This document shows, in pieces, positions 62,077-64,000 of a DNA stretch of 64,000 nucleotides (position 1 is its first letter; every line of letters begins with the position of its first letter). The stretch comes from Candidatus Nanoarchaeia archaeon. Its GTDB lineage: Archaea > Nanobdellota > Nanobdellia > SCGC-AAA011-G17 > JAUYJU01. Both the position numbers and the translations under genes were made by a program. A model generated the notes under the pieces. It made no database searches and had not been told where the DNA came from. It saw only the letters and a list, made by a program, of their open reading frames with translations. The DNA is taken from NCBI GenBank assembly GCA_030700155.1, contig JAUYJU010000016.1:1188-65187 (forward strand). The letters run 5' to 3'.

Positions 62077-62811
62077 TTATAATGCATCCTCTATTATTTG
62101 CTGGAATGCTACAAATGGTTGTGCACCAACTAATACTTTATAACCATCTTTATCGTTTCCGATTAAGAAAGTTGGAGTACCGCTAACGATTGATCCAGCT
62201 TCTGCCATATCATCGTCAACTTCTTTAGCATATTTTCCAGTATCTAAGCAAGTATCGAACTTCTTAGTATCTAATCCAAGATCAGATGCAAATTGTTTGA
62301 ACTTAGGAACACTAACTCCTGGTCCTAAATTACCCCATTCAGTTTGTTTACCGAATAGAATATCATGGAATTCCCAGAATTTACCTTGTTCTTTTGCACA
62401 CTCAGATGCTTCAGCAGATAGGTGAGCACTTGGGTGAAATGGTAATGGGAAATCTTTATAGATTAATTTAACTTTACCAGTATCAATATAATTCTTAGTA
62501 ATACTTGGTAGGGTATCTGTAAAGAATCTTCCACAGAAAGGACATTCAAAGTCACTAAATTCTATAATAGTAAGTTTAGCGTCTTCGTCACCTTTTATTG
62601 TTCCTTCGTCAGCAAATTTCTGTTTAACAACTTGCGGAGCTTGTGGTGCTTGTTGTTGAGGAATCACTGTTGGAACAGCAACGTCATCATCTCCAATACC
62701 AAAGCCTCCTGTAAACAATGAAATTACAAATAGAACTGCGAACAAGAAAGTTGCGAATTTCCACACTGTTGACTTGTTGATAGTTATGGTTTCTTCTCTT
62801 TTTTCTGCCAT
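62077..62811 (-). CDS. DsbA-like thiol:disulfide interchange protein, membrane-anchored
   Basis: N-terminal TM; CPFC active site; DsbA-length thioredoxin fold with inserted helical region. Confidence 0.6.
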   Translation of the reverse strand: MAEKREETITINKSTVWKFATFLFAVLFVISLFTGGFGIGDDDVAVPTVIPQQQAPQAPQVVKQKFADEGTIKGDEDAKLTIIEFSDFECPFCGRFFTDTLPSITKNYIDTGKVKLIYKDFPLPFHPSAHLSAEASECAKEQGKFWEFHDILFGKQTEWGNLGPGVSVPKFKQFASDLGLDTKKFDTCLDTGKYAKEVDDDMAEAGSIVSGTPTFLIGNDKDGYKVLVGAQPFVAFQQIIEDAL

Positions 62812-62866
62812 TTAATAACCCCCATTTTGTTTATTAAAGATAAAAGATAGTATATAAAATTTATGA

Positions 62867-63466
62867 TTAACGAGATGATTCTGCCTGTCTTTCCATCTCT
62901 ACTTTCTTTGAAACTGCAGCCGATTTTACATCATTATTTGAAGCTGCTACAATTTCGTCTGCTAAACATTCATGGAACTTTATTTTTTTATTAAAAGATC
63001 TTTGGAAGGAACCTTGTACCATTATTCTTAATGCAACGTCAACTCTTCTTTGAGGTGAACATTCAACAGATTGTGGATAACGAGCCCCACCATATTCAAT
63101 AGTGGTGATTTCTTCACGAGGAGCTGCATGCTCTATGGCATGTACTAAAACTTCAACTGGATTTTTACTTGTCTTTTTTTCTATTAGTTCAAAGGTTTTT
63201 AAAATTTGAGTATAGGCTGTTGCACCTTTTCCTGTGCATTGTCCAGAGAAGATTAAATGTTTCTTACCCCTATGACCAGGAACCATAACTTTATTTATTA
63301 ATCTTTCAACAATATTATATTTTGTTTTCCAGAAAGCTACGTTAACATTTCTTCCGCATGTCTTTGGAACAACAACAGGTGTTAAGTTTATATAATCTTT
63401 TAAACCAGGATCTTTTATTTCGATTCCAGTTGTTTCCCATTTGTTGAATAATTTTAAGTTGCTCAT
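62867..63466 (-). CDS. rps7: 30S ribosomal protein S7 (uS7)
   Basis: Archaeal S7 N-terminus and conserved core; in S12-S7 order. Confidence 0.85.
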   Translation of the reverse strand: MSNLKLFNKWETTGIEIKDPGLKDYINLTPVVVPKTCGRNVNVAFWKTKYNIVERLINKVMVPGHRGKKHLIFSGQCTGKGATAYTQILKTFELIEKKTSKNPVEVLVHAIEHAAPREEITTIEYGGARYPQSVECSPQRRVDVALRIMVQGSFQRSFNKKIKFHECLADEIVAASNNDVKSAAVSKKVEMERQAESSR

Positions 63467-63900
63467 TTTCTAGCTTTATCCAATCTTTTTAAAACTAAAT
63501 CTCTTAAACTTTGATCGTTAACTTTGATAACTTGCCATCTGATTCCTGATAAATCGCCTTTAGCTTTTCCTTGACGACCACCCATACATTCAATTATAAC
63601 TTCATCATGTTCATCAATAAAAGTAATAGCTTTGTCACCAGGCGCAAAAGCTGTAACCTGTTGGCCGTTTTTAATCAGTTGAACTCTAACACATTTTCTC
63701 ATTGCTGAGTTAGGCTGCTTAGCTTCAACTTGACGCTTTTCTAAAACAAGGCCTTTAGCTTGTGAAGAACCTTTCAAAGGATCATATTTTTTCTTTAGAC
63801 CAAGGGCTTTCTTAACAAAACTCTTCTTATTCCATCTAAACTGGGTCCTTCTATTCTTTAGCTTCTTACCTGCTCCTAAGCCTCTAGATTTACTCCCCAT
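63463..63900 (-). CDS. rps12: 30S ribosomal protein S12 (uS12)
   Basis: [25 protein letters not shown] conserved S12 core. Confidence 0.9.
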   Translation of the reverse strand: MGSKSRGLGAGKKLKNRRTQFRWNKKSFVKKALGLKKKYDPLKGSSQAKGLVLEKRQVEAKQPNSAMRKCVRVQLIKNGQQVTAFAPGDKAITFIDEHDEVIIECMGGRQGKAKGDLSGIRWQVIKVNDQSLRDLVLKRLDKARK

Positions 63901-64000
63901 GTGTAATTTTTACTTTATTGAGCGTTTATAAAGGTTTTGCTGACTTGTTTTAAAGCCTCAAAGCCCTTCTTAGCCCGAATATACGTATTCTAAAGAAGAA

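Overview
AT-rich archaeal chromosome segment (about 30-35% GC) with compact genes, archaeal-type tRNAs (one with an intron) and a 16S-tRNAAla-23S operon, consistent with a DPANN-like archaeon (Pacearchaeota or Woesearchaeota style). Most of the window is housekeeping. It contains DNA repair genes (nth, ogg), deoxyhypusine synthase, a DRG GTPase, a peroxiredoxin, tRNA modification genes (trmI, thiI, the SAMP/UbaA/NcsA thiolation set) and RNase HII. It also has SMC, an intein-containing aEF-2, a copA copper operon, a 2-oxoacid dehydrogenase E1a/E1b/E2 plus LplA cluster with Glu/Leu dehydrogenase, aminotransferase and ACD-alpha, a thiol-disulfide oxidoreductase cluster, and ribosomal proteins S7 and S12. 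The stand-out locus is 10.97-16.8 kb on the minus strand: a diversity-generating retroelement (DGR). It has a DGR-type reverse transcriptase (hallmark SQ motif), a template repeat, and two variable repeats at the 3' ends of two paralogous target genes. Every TR/VR mismatch falls on a template adenine (9 in VR1, about 21 in VR2). The cassette is interleaved in one tightly overlapping operon with a MoxR-family AAA+ ATPase and a VWA-domain protein carrying an N-terminal HExxH motif. The two targets also share an identical 5' region of about 125 nt. Other notable items: a 490-aa LAGLIDADG intein in the P-loop of aEF-2, an intron-containing tRNA-Ala(UGC) in the rRNA spacer, a 56-bp exact direct repeat that duplicates a promoter plus the first five codons in front of two small ORFs, and a Met-rich micro-ORF in the copper operon.
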